Shown one piece after another: positions 1-10,584 of a DNA stretch of 64,000 bases (the stretch's first letter is position 1; every line of letters starts with the position of its first letter). Both the position numbers and the translations under genes were made by a program. Below the pieces are notes generated by a model that made no database searches, was not told the DNA's origin, and saw only the letters and a list, made by a program, of their open reading frames with translations. The stretch lies in contig CAVQVY010000053.1 of the NCBI GenBank assembly GCA_963717185.1, positions 83-64,082 of the forward strand. The letters run 5' to 3'. The stretch comes from Candidatus Dormiibacterota bacterium. GTDB taxonomy: Bacteria; Chloroflexota; Dormibacteria; Aeolococcales; Aeolococcaceae.

Positions 1-1386
1 GGAGTAGAAGGGCAAGCCCACGGTGTAGAGGTTCCCGTCCGTGCTCCCCGCGAAGATCTCGCCGTTGGAGATGCTGTGGGCGCGCCGTAGAAGGTGGTTC
101 TTCCAGCACCGCAAAGGCATACAGCCGAGACCGGGGACGCCGCGTTCAGCACCTCCATGGTGGAGCCGGGGCCGCGTCGATGACGAGCCCGTTGTCGCTG
201 GCGAGGGCCGGGACCACCTCCGCGGCCGGCGTCGCATGAGCCCAGATGACGCTCCCAGTGGCGGGGTCGAGCGCTCTGACGGCCCCGGGCTCGCTCGTTC
301 CGCCGATTGTCGTGAGCGCCACCGCCGCGAAGAGCTTCCCGCCAGCGAACGTGCATCGATGACGCGGTGCCGCTGCCGGCGTTCGGTCAGACTCCCTGCA
401 TTGGGCCACCACCTGCGTTCGCCCACGTGTAGCCATCGTGGAGGTCTCCAGCGCGGAGAAGGCGTACGTGTGGCCGTTCTTGTTGGTAGGCGGCGGCGGG
501 CCCCGAGTCCCTGTCGGCGGTACTCGAGCAGGTCGGCGTCGTGCCCGTCTAAGTCGCTGGTTTCCTGGTTGGCCGGAAGCGGCCACGAATCGTGGAGCGT
601 GTCGTCGGAGGCGTTGATCGAGAGCACTGCTTCGGCGTACAGGTCATTGCTGTTGGCGCGGGTGCCCGTGGTCAGGTAGATGAGGTTGGTCGCGGGGTCG
701 ACCGTGGGCGACGTCCAGATGCCCCCGCCGACGTCGCCGTTGGGCACCACGTCGAACGTGTTGACCACCTGGTGGCTGGAGAGGCTCACCTGCAGCAGCT
801 GTCCCTGGACGAGCGGGCAGTCTCCAGGCTGGCGATGCCGATGTATGCGTAGCCGTTGTAGATGAGCGGGCTGGCCCAGTTGTAGTGGCCACCCGACGCG
901 CTGTTGTCGCCGGTGTTCACCTTGCAGAGGACTGTCCCGGTGGCGGCATCCAGCGCGTACCAGTACGCGTCACCACCGCCGACGTACACGGTGCCGTTGA
1001 CAACGGTCGCCGCGGAACTGACCCCAAGGGTGTGAGGCGAGCAATTGCTGTTGCCCGTGGTCATGCCGAGGTTGGTGCGCCACTTCAGCGCACCGCTCTT
1101 GGCGTCGAGGGCGTACTCGTAGCCATCCCAGGAACCCACATAGACGACCGAGTTCACCACCGTTGCGGACGCCGCGATGGTTGCGCCGGTCTGGTAGGAC
1201 CAGAGCTTGCTGAGACTTGGGGCATCGCTCACCGAGAGCGATGTCTCCAGCTGGTGCCGTCCCGCGACCCGTCGCTCAGGTACGTGGCCAGTCAGCAGCT
1301 GTGAGCATCAGCGCGGAGGCGACCAGCGCGACGGTGGCAGCCGCTGCGCGGGTGCGCGTCGATCGTCCCCCCATCGCCGCAAGCAT
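1..1386 (-). CDS. Secreted PQQ-like beta-propeller repeat protein (frameshifted, 3' end runs off window)
   Basis: Repeats VYVGSWDGYEYALDAKSGALKW, VYVGGGDAYWYALDAATG, VRALDPATGSVIW, EIFAGSTDGNLY across ORFs 786-1232 and 146-586; signal-like N-terminus from ATG 1386. Confidence 0.75.
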
Positions 1387-1443
1387 ATCAAACGCACCGC
1401 CGGCTGGCGCCGCCTCCCCAGCGGCCGCCGACTGCCCACGGGT

Positions 1444-1469
1444 TGCCGGGAGTGGGAGTCGAACCCACA
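1444..1469 (-). other. Isolated tRNA 3' fragment (T-arm plus acceptor strand, Leu-like); possible att remnant
   Basis: Minus strand TGTGGGTTCGACTCCCACTCCCGGCA: GTGGG/CCCAC T-stem with TTCGACT loop, then an acceptor strand; no matching 5' half upstream. Confidence 0.65.
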
Positions 1470-1584
1470 ACGGCCGACGCCCTGTCTCAACGCTCACGCT
1501 GACTGTTTCAGTGCGTTTGCTTGCATCTGTGCGTCCCGTTGTGGAACGCTGCATGGCCCACACGCAACGAGAGGAGGCCCTGGC

Positions 1585-3223
1585 ATGACCCGACGCCCAC
1601 TCCGATGGCTCGTGATCGCGGGGTTGCTCGGCTCGAGCGCCGTCGCCACCGGGCTTCCGTCCGGCCGTGCGCAGGCGTCCGCACCGGCGGCCACGCAGTA
1701 CTCCGGCGTGCACGGCGTCATCCAGCCCGTGACCAGCCACCCGGCGGCCGCCAGCTCGACCGCGCCTTCCGCCCGCCAGCGGGGCGCGCGCTCCACCCGC
1801 ACCCAGGGCAGCGCGGCCACGCGCACCACGCAGGCGCCGGTCGTCAGCTCGTCGGGCACTGCCAGCACCAGCACGTTGCTGGAGAACTTCAACGGGGTCA
1901 GCAGCCTCGACAGCGAGCAGACGAACTTCGGCGCTGAGTTCGAGCCGCCCGACCAGGGCCTGTGCGCGGGCAACGGCTTCGTCCTCGAGCCGGTCAACTC
2001 CGCGTACCGGATGTACCACACCGACGGGAGCGACGCATCGTCGGTCCGTTCAACGTCAACGACATCTTCAACATCGGTGGTGCCGAGTTCACCTCGGACC
2101 CGCGCTGCTACTACGACCCGGCCACCAGCCGCTGGTTCGTCGAGATCCTCTTCCTCAACAACTCGTCCACCGCGTCGGCCCAGGAGATCGCGGTCAGCAG
2201 ACCAGCGACCCGACCAAGATGTGGACGGAGTACTCGATCGACACGACCGACAACAGCCAGCCGAGCAGCGAGGGCTGCCCGTGCTTCGGTGACCAGCCGC
2301 TGCTCGGCATCGACGCCAACAACGTCTACATCAGCACCAACGAGTTCTCGATCAACGGCCCGCAGTACAACGGCGCGCAGATCTACGCGATCAACAAGGC
2401 GCAGCTGGTCGCCGGCACCGCCTCGAACTTCGCGCACTGGAAGAACCTGCACATCGGTGGCGCGCTGGCCGCCTCGGTGCAGCCCGCGCTCACCAACGGA
2501 GCGCGCCCGGCGGAGTACTTCCTCGACGCGCTCGACCCCAACGGGACGTTCGACAACCGTCTCGGCGTCTGGGCCCTGACCAACACCGCAGCGACGGCAT
2601 CCGGTCACGTCCCCACCCTGTCGAGCACGGTGATCACGTCCGAGCCCTACGGCCTCCCGCCCAAGGCGCAGCAGAAGGGGTCGTCGAGCCTGCTCGACAC
2701 CGGTGACGACCGCATGCAGCAGACGCAGTTCATCGGCGGCACCCTGTGGGGAGCCCTGACCACGGCGGTGACCATCCCCAACGACTCCACCGAACGATCC
2801 GGCGCGGCCTGGTTCGCGGTCAAGCCGACCCTGTCGGGCGCGGTCATCGGCGGCGCCACGATCAGCCGCCAGGGCTACGAGGCGGAGGCCACCCGCTACA
2901 TCATGTACCCGGCGATCCAGGTCGACTCCGCAGGCCTGGCGGTGATGGTCTTCAGCCAGAGCGGGGCAACTACCTTCGCCACCGCGGCGTATGCGCTGCT
3001 GCAACCCACTGCGACGGCGTTCGGGGCACCGATCACCGCCATGACCGGGTCCGGGCCGTACGATCCGAACGCAACGCGCTGGGGCGACTATTCGTGGGCC
3101 GCGCTCGATCCCGGCGGCAAGGCGTTCTGGCTGGCGACGGAGTACGTGCCGCCGACGAGCAGCCAGACCACCGACGGACTGCGCAACTGGGGCACCCGGG
3201 TGATGGAGGTGTGCGGCTGCTGA
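1585..3223 (+). CDS. Secreted hypothetical protein (frameshifted)
   Basis: GAGGAGG RBS at 1571, ATG 1585, signal peptide; motifs EPPDQGLCAG, FTSDPRCYYD, FGDQPLLG, RWGDYS across three frames. Confidence 0.7.
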
Positions 3224-3231
3224 GCGCGTGC

Positions 3232-3272
3232 GCGGAGCCGGCCGGCACGATCGGTGCGCCGGCCGGTTCCGC
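3232..3272. terminator. GC-rich hairpin between convergent genes
   Basis: GCGGAGCCGGCCGGC...GCCGGCCGGTTCCGC inverted repeat between stops at 3223 and 3278. Confidence 0.5.
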
Positions 3273-3277
3273 CTCAG

Positions 3278-6200
3278 CTACAGCATCGCCAGCGAGCCGG
3301 TCGAACTCTCGGCGTCCTCCTGTGGACTCGGGAGTGTCGGCGCCCGTTCGACGAACGCGCACAGCGCGTTGGCGAGCGGGATCTGCGCCGCGGTCGTGCA
3401 CGCGACACGCAGGAGGTCGGGAGAGCAGACGAGCACAGCGAGGCAGCGCGCCCGCGACACGGCCACGTTCATGCGGTGTCGCGAGTAGAGGAACTCCATG
3501 CCGCGGGGGACGTCCTCCGCGAGCGAGGTGGCCATCGAGTAGATGACCACCGCGCCCTCCTGGCCCTGGAAGCGGTCGACGGTGCCGACGGCGACGTCGT
3601 CCGGCAGCGCGCGTCGCAGCGCGCCGACGTGGGCGTTGTACGGGGCGACGACCAGGATGTCCCTTGCGGTCAGCGGTCGCTGCACACCGTGGTGGTCGAT
3701 CCAGTCGCGTCCCAGCAGCCCGGCCACCAGCCCCGACACGGCGACCGCCTCCTGCTCGGAGGCCGATCGGTTGCCTGTGTGGCGCACCGGCAGCCAGCGC
3801 AGGCCCGTGCCCGACAGCTCCCCGTCCCCGAGCACGCGCTGGCGCGCGCTGTCAGGGCTCGAACGCAGACGCGAGTCGTAGAAGTTCTCGGAGATGTACA
3901 CGCAGACGTCTGGATGCAGACGCCAGGTGACGTCGAGGAACAGCCCGCAGTCGGACGGCACGGTCTCCGCTCCGTTGAGCAGATGCCCCAGCGCCGACGC
4001 AGCCGCGCCGGGCGGGTGCGAGCCCTGGGACGGCTGCTCGAGCTGCTGCGGATCACCGAGCAGCACCAGGTTCCGCGCACACCCCGACACCGCGACAACA
4101 TTGGCGAGCGACAGCTGTCCCGCCTCGTCCACGAAGAGCGTGTCGAACCGCTCCGACATGTCCTCGCGGGCCAGCAGCCACGGCGTCCCGGCGACGACGT
4201 CGACCGTGCCCTCGTCGAGGGCTGCCACGATCGGCGCATTGGTCGTCACGCATTGAACCTGCGGGTCGTCGCAGGCGCGGTCGTCGCTCTTCTGGATCAC
4301 GCGGATGGTGACCCCGCTCCCCGGGCCTCCTCGCAGACGCGCGTGGACCAGCTGGGTGATGGCGCGGTGGCACAGCGCGGTGATCGCAACGGGGCGTCGC
4401 GGCGCCGTGGTGACCAGGTCGACGATCGCGATGGCGCCGGTGTGCGTCTTGCCCGACCCGGGCGGCCCCTGGATCGGGATGCAGGCCTGCTCGGCATCGG
4501 CGATGCAGCGCCGGGCGGCTTCGACCGCGTCCTCGCTGGCGCCGGCGGAGCGCATCGCCATCGGCGGGGCCGCGGACGCGCGGACGGTGGCGCAGCAGGA
4601 GGTCGCGCGCCGCGCGGTGGCACCCCGGCCAGTCGATGCCGTGCCCGGCGACCCATTCGCCGAGGCGCATCAGGGCCGCGCGCAGCGCCGCCGCGTCGGG
4701 CTGGCCGCCGGGGACCACGGCGGTGGGCAGGGGTCCGGGCGGTCGGTGCGCTTGATCAGCAGCTCACCTCGGGCCGGGTCGATATGGTGGATGGTGCCGG
4801 CGCGCCGGTCACCCGGTTGCCGGCGTCGTTGAGGTACGTGCGCGGATCCTCGACGGCGTCGTCGACCCGCAGCTTGGTCTCCTGCGGGGGGAACAGGAAC
4901 CGGAACAGGCGTGAGCGGTTGACCACTCCAACCTCGGCGTCGAAGACCAGCCCGCCGACCGACGAGGCATCGTCGATGAGCTCGTCGTCCGTCGCGTCCC
5001 GCCTCGCGAAGTACTCCCACCACGCGGGCTTGGCGTCGCGCCTGTGCCAGTCGAGGAGCGCGGCAAGAAGCGAGAGCGCCCGCTGCTCGGCGGTCTGCTT
5101 CTGCGCGTCGACCAGGGATCCCCGCCGTGAGCTCGGCGGCGAGGCGGTCGGCTGCTGCGGTGGCCGCCGCCACGGCCTCGGGTGCAACGCCCGCGGAGAC
5201 GGGCAGGCGCGGCAGGGGCCCGACACTCCCTCGAGCTCGGTGCGACGAGCCTCGAGCCAGCCACGCAAGCCCACCAGCGAGCGGCAGTCGTCCTCGTTGT
5301 ACAGCGCGGATCGACCTCGAGGATGCGCGTCGTCGGGCGTCGTCGAGCCACAGCTCGTACTGCACGACGCTGGTCCCCGCGTCGGTGATCTGCGCCGCAC
5401 GGGGCGCCATGTACAGCGGCTCGAGCTTCTTGATCGAGTAGGACTCGACGCCGACGCGCACGCCCTGCCTGACGACCCGGTAGAGGTCGACGAAGACCCC
5501 GCGCGCGGAGCAGCTCGTCCACCTCCTCCTCGCGCGTGCGTAGCGGCCCATCAGGCGCTTCATCGCCGACACCTCGTAGGACGCGTAGTGGTAGACGTGC
5601 ATGCCGGGGTCGCGCCGGCGCGCCGCCATGACCATGTCGATGAAGCTCTCGAAGGCGGCCTTCTCGGCGGCGGCGTCGTGTGCCCACAGCTTCCCGGAAC
5701 GTGCGCGCACGGTGCGTCGCCTTCGACCCACCCGAAGAGGTACTCGCGACCGTCGGGCCCGACGAACTGGTCGCCCTCCATGTCGAAGAAGATGTCCCGC
5801 GGAGAGGGGCGGGAGCGCGGCAAGGCCCCGATGTGGCGCGTCGGCGTCGCGGTTCGATCAGCTCCCACGGCGATGGCGCCTTCGCACGCTCCGACGCCAC
5901 CTGCAGACGAGCCTGGGCGCGAGCGCCTCGAGCGCCGGGGCCCGGATCTGGTCCACCTCGGTGCCGGCGGGGCAGCCGGCCAGCGCGGCGCGCGTCGAGA
6001 TGCCCGCCGCGACCAGCCGGGTGCGCTGGTCGCGCCGAGCGCCGGCGACCAGCGAGAGGTGGTCGTCGCGGCGCCACTGGGCGGTGCAGCGGTCCTTCCA
6101 GTCGCAGTACGCGCAGAGCGCCACCGGGTCCGGCGAGGTGGCCATCCAGCCCGCTGTCGACGGCGGCCTCGAAGCGCAGCCGCACGGTCCGCAGGTAGGC

Positions 6201-6760
6201 GGAGATGTCCGCGTAGAGGAACTACTCGACTGTGCCGTCGCCGAGGCGACGTGCAGCGCCGCGGGGCGTGGCCCTGCAGCCGCGCCACCTGGCGCGAGTA
6301 GTCGCCGAGCTGCAGGAGCGTGCCCGCCTTGGTGGAGCGCGCCAGCTTGGTGTCGTGGGCCTCGTAGCTCCACGGCCCGAGCGCGGCTCGGGGTGTCGAC
6401 GCGGCGCAGGAAATCCGCGTGGCCGCGCCAGCGGCCGTCGAAGAAGCTCGCCTGGTAGATGACGTCGACCCCGGCGCGCATCGCCGCCAGCGTCTCCGCC
6501 TCGGCGGCGGAGCCCCGCGATCGTGCCCGCCGGGCGTGCGATCTCGACCACCGTGGCGCCGCGGCCGCGTGAGCGCCTGCAGGTAGCTCTGCTCGTGGAG
6601 CTCCCGTGCTTACGCAGCACGTCTTGAAGGGGTCGTCACGGCGCGGCCGCTCGAGCTGCCCCGCGGGCCACCGGCGGTCGAGGAAGGAGCGGTGCTCGCA
6701 CCCGGTGAACGCCACCAGGTCGGTGGGGCTGAGGACGAGCACGCTCTCGATGGTCTGCAC
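3278..6760 (-). CDS. TM0106-family RecB-like nuclease fused to an SF1 (DNA2/NAM7-like) helicase (frameshifted)
   Basis: N-term LSPTDLVAFTGCEH, WRGHADFLRRV, DIFFDMEGD, YNEDDC; helicase motifs QGPPGSGKT, DEAGQ, LGDPQQL, GTVDRFQGQE, RMNVAVSRA. Confidence 0.85.
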
Positions 6761-6865
6761 GTGCTCCAATGGTGCACAGGCCGCGACGACAGCTGTTGTC
6801 GCACAGCTGATTCGCAGGACAGAGCGCAGGGACAGCACGTAAGGGCGAGCGCGTACCCTGACCGC

Positions 6866-7142
6866 GTGAACCGGACCACGCCCGGCCGACCGCGACCGCG
6901 CCCAGCGGCGCGTCCGCTGATCACCATGGCCACCGCGGCGGGGGCAGGCGTGCTCACCCTCGGTCGGCGCCGCGGTCGCGGCGGGAACGTTCGGCGGCCG
7001 CACCGTCCCTCCTCGCAGACCGACCAGCCGTCCCCACCCAGGACCCGTCACCGGCCTGCAGCCACCCGCCCAGCCCCCCGGGGACGGCTCCGGGGCTCGG
7101 CGGGCGGCGGCAGGCGTGCCGATCGCCTCCGGCGGCTCCTAG
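6866..7142 (+). CDS. Small membrane-anchored Pro/Gly-rich protein ending in SGGS (frameshifted)
   Basis: TACCCT 6 nt before GTG 6866; hydrophobic ITMATAAGAGVLTL; ends GVPIASGGS-TAG at 7142, 2 nt before apbE. Confidence 0.5.
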
Positions 7143-7144
7143 GC

Positions 7145-8075
7145 GTGATCAGCGCCGGGTGGCGCGCGCTCGGGCACGTCGGTGGTGGTCGCGGTGACCG
7201 ACCGGCGGAGCTCCCTCGCCGCCCGCGAGGTGGTCGCCGCCGAGGTCGACGGCGCTCGACCGCGCCTGCAGCCGCTTCCGCGACGACTCCGACCTGAGCC
7301 GCCTCAACGCCGCCGGCGGGCTGCGCCGTGCTCGTCAGCCCGCTGCTCGCCGCAGGCGATCCGCGTGGCCCTGCGCGCGGCGCGCCTCACCGACGGCGAC
7401 GTCGACCCGACCGTCGGCGGCTGCCATGGCGGCGATCGGCTACGACGCCGACTTCGCCACCATCGGCGCCGACGCGCCCCCCTCCCGTGCCGTGCCAGCC
7501 GCCCGGCTGGACCGGCGTCGCATCACCGACGCGCCCGCCCTGGTCACCCTGCCCGCGCGGCCACCGCTCGACCTCGGCGCCACCGCCAAGGCGCTCGGCG
7601 CCGACCGCGCCGCCGCGGCGGCGCATGCTGCCACCGGCTGCGGCGGTGCTCGTCAGCCTCGGCGGCGACATCGCCGTCGCGGGGACGCCGCCCGCCGGCG
7701 GCTGGCCGGTGCGCGTCACCGACGACCACGCCGCCCAGCGCCGAGGCGCCCGGGCAGGCGATCACGCTGCGCACGGCGGGGGCCTGGCGACGTCGAGCTC
7801 CACGCGTGCGCCACTGGCGCCGCGGCGGCGCGGCACGCTGCACCACATCGTCGACCCGCGCACCGGTGCGCCGGCGCAGTCGCCCGTACCGCACCATCAG
7901 CGTCGCCGCGGCCACGTGTGTGGACGCCAACACGCCAGCACCGCCGCCATGGTGCGCGGCGAGCGCGCTGCCGGCTGGCTGGAGTTCACCGGCCTGCCGG
8001 CGCGGCTGGTCGCCCACGACGGCGTGGTGCTGCACCTCAACCGCTGGCCGGTCAGCGGCGGAGCTGGCGGCTTGA
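7145..8075 (+). CDS. apbE: FAD:protein FMN transferase (ApbE family), frameshifted
   Basis: WRALG start, TDGDVDPTVG, LDLGATAKALGAD, VLVSLGGDIAV, GLATSS, HHIVDPRTG, ATCVDANT. Confidence 0.85.
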
Positions 8076-9113
8076 TCGCGGCCTCCGGGCCAACCGCACT
8101 CTGGTACGCGGCTCGCAGCACCGGGTACGTGAGCCTGCTGCTGCTCACCGCCATCCTGGTGCTGGGCATCGTCACCGTCGATGCGCTGGGACAGCCGGGA
8201 CTGGCCGCGGTTCCTGACCCAGGCGCGTGCACCGCAACCTGTCGCTGCTGGTGCTGGTCTTCCTGGCCATCCACATCATCACCTCGATCGTCGACCCCTT
8301 CGCGGGGATCGCCGCGCTCAACACGGTGGCACCGTTCACCGGCTCCTACCGCCCCGTGTGGCTCGGGCTCGGGGTGGTCTCCATGGAGCTGCTGGTCGCC
8401 CTGGTCGATCACCAGCCTGCTGCGCCAGCGCATCGGCTTCAGGGTCTGGCGCGTGGTCCACTGGGCGGCGTACGCGTGCTGGCCCCTGGCGATGCTGCAC
8501 ACGCTCGGCACGGGCAGCGACGTGCGCTCCGCCGTGGGCCCTGGTCGCTCAGCCTCGGCTGCGTCGGGGCGGTGCGTGTTCGCGATCGTCTGGCGGCTGA
8601 CCAGCGACCGCGGCCGCGCGTGCCGCGGGTGCTGCGCGCCACCAGCCTCGTGGCCACCGCGGCCGCGACCATCGCGCTGCTCGGGCTTCGCGGCCGCCGG
8701 GACCGCTGCACAGCGGGTGGGCGAAGGCGGCCGGGACGCCGGACCGGCTGCTTGTCGCCGCCAGCGGCTGCGGCCCAGCCCACCCCCTCGCCGACAAGCA
8801 CCCCCGCGCCGACGCTGCCGGCCGGGCTCACCGACCAGCTGACCGGCACCGTCGTCCAGGGCACGAGCGCGGTGCAGGTGACCTCCGCGACGCGCGCGAT
8901 GCCAACCTCCGCATCGTCATCGCCGTGGCGCGGCCAACACCCGCGGGACAGCTGCTGATCACCGAGAGCGGCGCCACCGTGTGCAACGTCACCGCCGCGG
9001 TCGCGCAGGACGTGCAGGCCACGTGCGGGCAGACCGCCGTCGACATCACCCTCAGCCAGCAGCCCGACGGCACGATCGCCGGCCAGCTGGTCACCCAGGC
9101 GCGGCGCGCATGA
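8072..9113 (+). CDS. Ferric reductase-like transmembrane (cytochrome b) protein with C-terminal extracytoplasmic domain, frameshifted
   Basis: LWYAARSTG, HRNLSLL..LAIH, WRVVHWAAY..LAMLH (four candidate heme His); Pro/Thr linker; starts overlapping apbE stop (TTGA). Confidence 0.8.
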
Positions 9114-10375
9114 TGCCGGCGGTGACGGCATCGCGCCTCCTCGACGGCCCCCCGCCCGCCGACGGCGCCGAGTTGCTCGCGCGAACACCTCGCACGGCTT
9201 GGCCCGCGGCCGCGGTTCCCCGGCGGCGAGCGCTCATCGACCGTCGTCGACGAGGCCGGCCTGCGCGGCCGGGGCGGCGCCGGGTACCCGACAGCCCGCA
9301 AATGGGCGGCCACCCGCGAACGCTCGCGGGGAAACGCCGTGGTCGTCGCCAACGGCGCGGAGGCCGAGCCGCTCAGCGGCAAGGACCGCATGCTCATGAC
9401 CTCGCGGCCACACCTGGTCCTCGACGGCGTCGCTCCTCGCGGCCGAGGCGGTCGGCGCCGAGCGCGCGGTCGTGTGTATGTCAGCAGCGCCCACGACGAC
9501 GCGGCCGCCGCCGTCCGGCAGGCCATCGACGAGCGCCGGACGGCTCGCGACCTGCCCGTCCCCGTCACCGTGGTGACGAGCGCCGCGCCGCTACGTCGCC
9601 GGCGAGGAGTCGGCGGCCATCGCCCACCTCAACGGGGGGCCGCGAAGCCCACCATGGTGCCGCCCCGCCCGTTCGAGAGCGGCGTCGACGGGCGCCCGAC
9701 GGCTGGTCCAGAACGTCGAGACGCTCGCGCATGCCGCCCTGGTCGCCCGGCGATGGGCCGGAGGCCTACCGCCTCGCCGGCGCCGACGAGGCGACTGGCA
9801 CCGTCCTGGTGACCATGACCGCGGCCATCCATTCGCCCGGGGTGCACGAGCTGCCGGGCGGGTCGACGGTCGCGCAGGCTGTCAGCGCCGCCGGGGGAGC
9901 CACCGCCGCCGTCGCCGCTGTGCTGGTCGGCGGCTACTTCGGTCGCTGGGTCGCCGCCGACGACGCCTGGGACCTGCGCCTGGGCATCGACGTTCCGCTC
10001 GGCAGCGGGGTCATCGCCGTGTTCCCGCACGGCCACTGCGGCGTCACCCAGGCCGCGGCGCTGGTCGGCTTCCTGGCGCGGGAGAGCGCGCGCCAGTGCG
10101 GCCCGTGCGAGCACGGCCTCGCCTCACTGGCCGCGACCACCGCCGAGGTGGCCGCCGGCCGTGCCAAGCCGCGCGACGCGGAGCGCCTGCAGCGCTGGAT
10201 CGCCCAGATCGCCGGGCGTGGCGCCTGCCACCACCCCGACGGCGCGCTGGTGCTGCTCTCCAGCGCGCTGCGGGTGTTCTCGGGCGACGTCACCACCCAC
10301 ATCAGGCGCGGCCGCTGCGACCGCAACCCGGCGCCGCTGCTCGCGGCTCCGGACTGGACGCGCGACCGCCGATGA
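9110..10375 (+). CDS. NuoF-like NADH dehydrogenase flavoprotein (FMN/Fe-S), frameshifted
   Basis: GLRGRGGAGYPTARKW, NGAEAEPLSGKD, YVAGEES, QNVETLAH, ESARQCGPC..GACHHPDG; ATGA overlap. Confidence 0.85.
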   Translation: MMPAVTASRLLDGPPPADGAELLARTPRTAWPAAAVPRRRALIDRRRRGRPARPGRRRVPDSPQMGGHPRTLAGKRRGRRQRRGGRAAQRQGPHAHDLAATPGPRRRRSSRPRRSAPSARSCVCQQRPRRRGRRRPAGHRRAPDGSRPARPRHRGDERRAATSPARSRRPSPTSTGGREAHHGAAPPVRERRRRAPDGWSRTSRRSRMPPWSPGDGPEAYRLAGADEATGTVLVTMTAAIHSPGVHELPGGSTVAQAVSAAGGATAAVAAVLVGGYFGRWVAADDAWDLRLGIDVPLGSGVIAVFPHGHCGVTQAAALVGFLARESARQCGPCEHGLASLAATTAEVAAGRAKPRDAERLQRWIAQIAGRGACHHPDGALVLLSSALRVFSGDVTTHIRRGRCDRNPAPLLAAPDWTRDRR

Positions 10376-10584
10376 GCCGGCTGCGCGTGGACCCGATCAG
10401 CTGCGACGGCTTCGGCATGTGCGCCGAGCTGCTGCCGGAGCGGATCACGCTCGACGACTGGGGGTACCCGATCATCGACGGCCGGCCGATGAGCCGCGAC
10501 CTCCTCGAGCTCGCGCGCCGAGCGGTCGCGGCGTGCCCCACCGCCGCCCTGCGGCTGGCCCGCGAGGACGAGACCCACCGCTAG
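10372..10584 (+). CDS. Ferredoxin (single-cluster, 3Fe-4S-like)
   Basis: MSRLRVDPISCDGFGMCAELLPE...AVAACPTAAL; ATGA overlap. Confidence 0.85.
   Translation: MSRLRVDPISCDGFGMCAELLPERITLDDWGYPIIDGRPMSRDLLELARRAVAACPTAALRLAREDETHR

Noticed and set aside
3254-6301. 1015-aa plus-strand ORF and many similar long Arg/Pro-rich ORFs
   Set aside because: Antisense or off-frame shadows of real genes in high-GC DNA; no motifs
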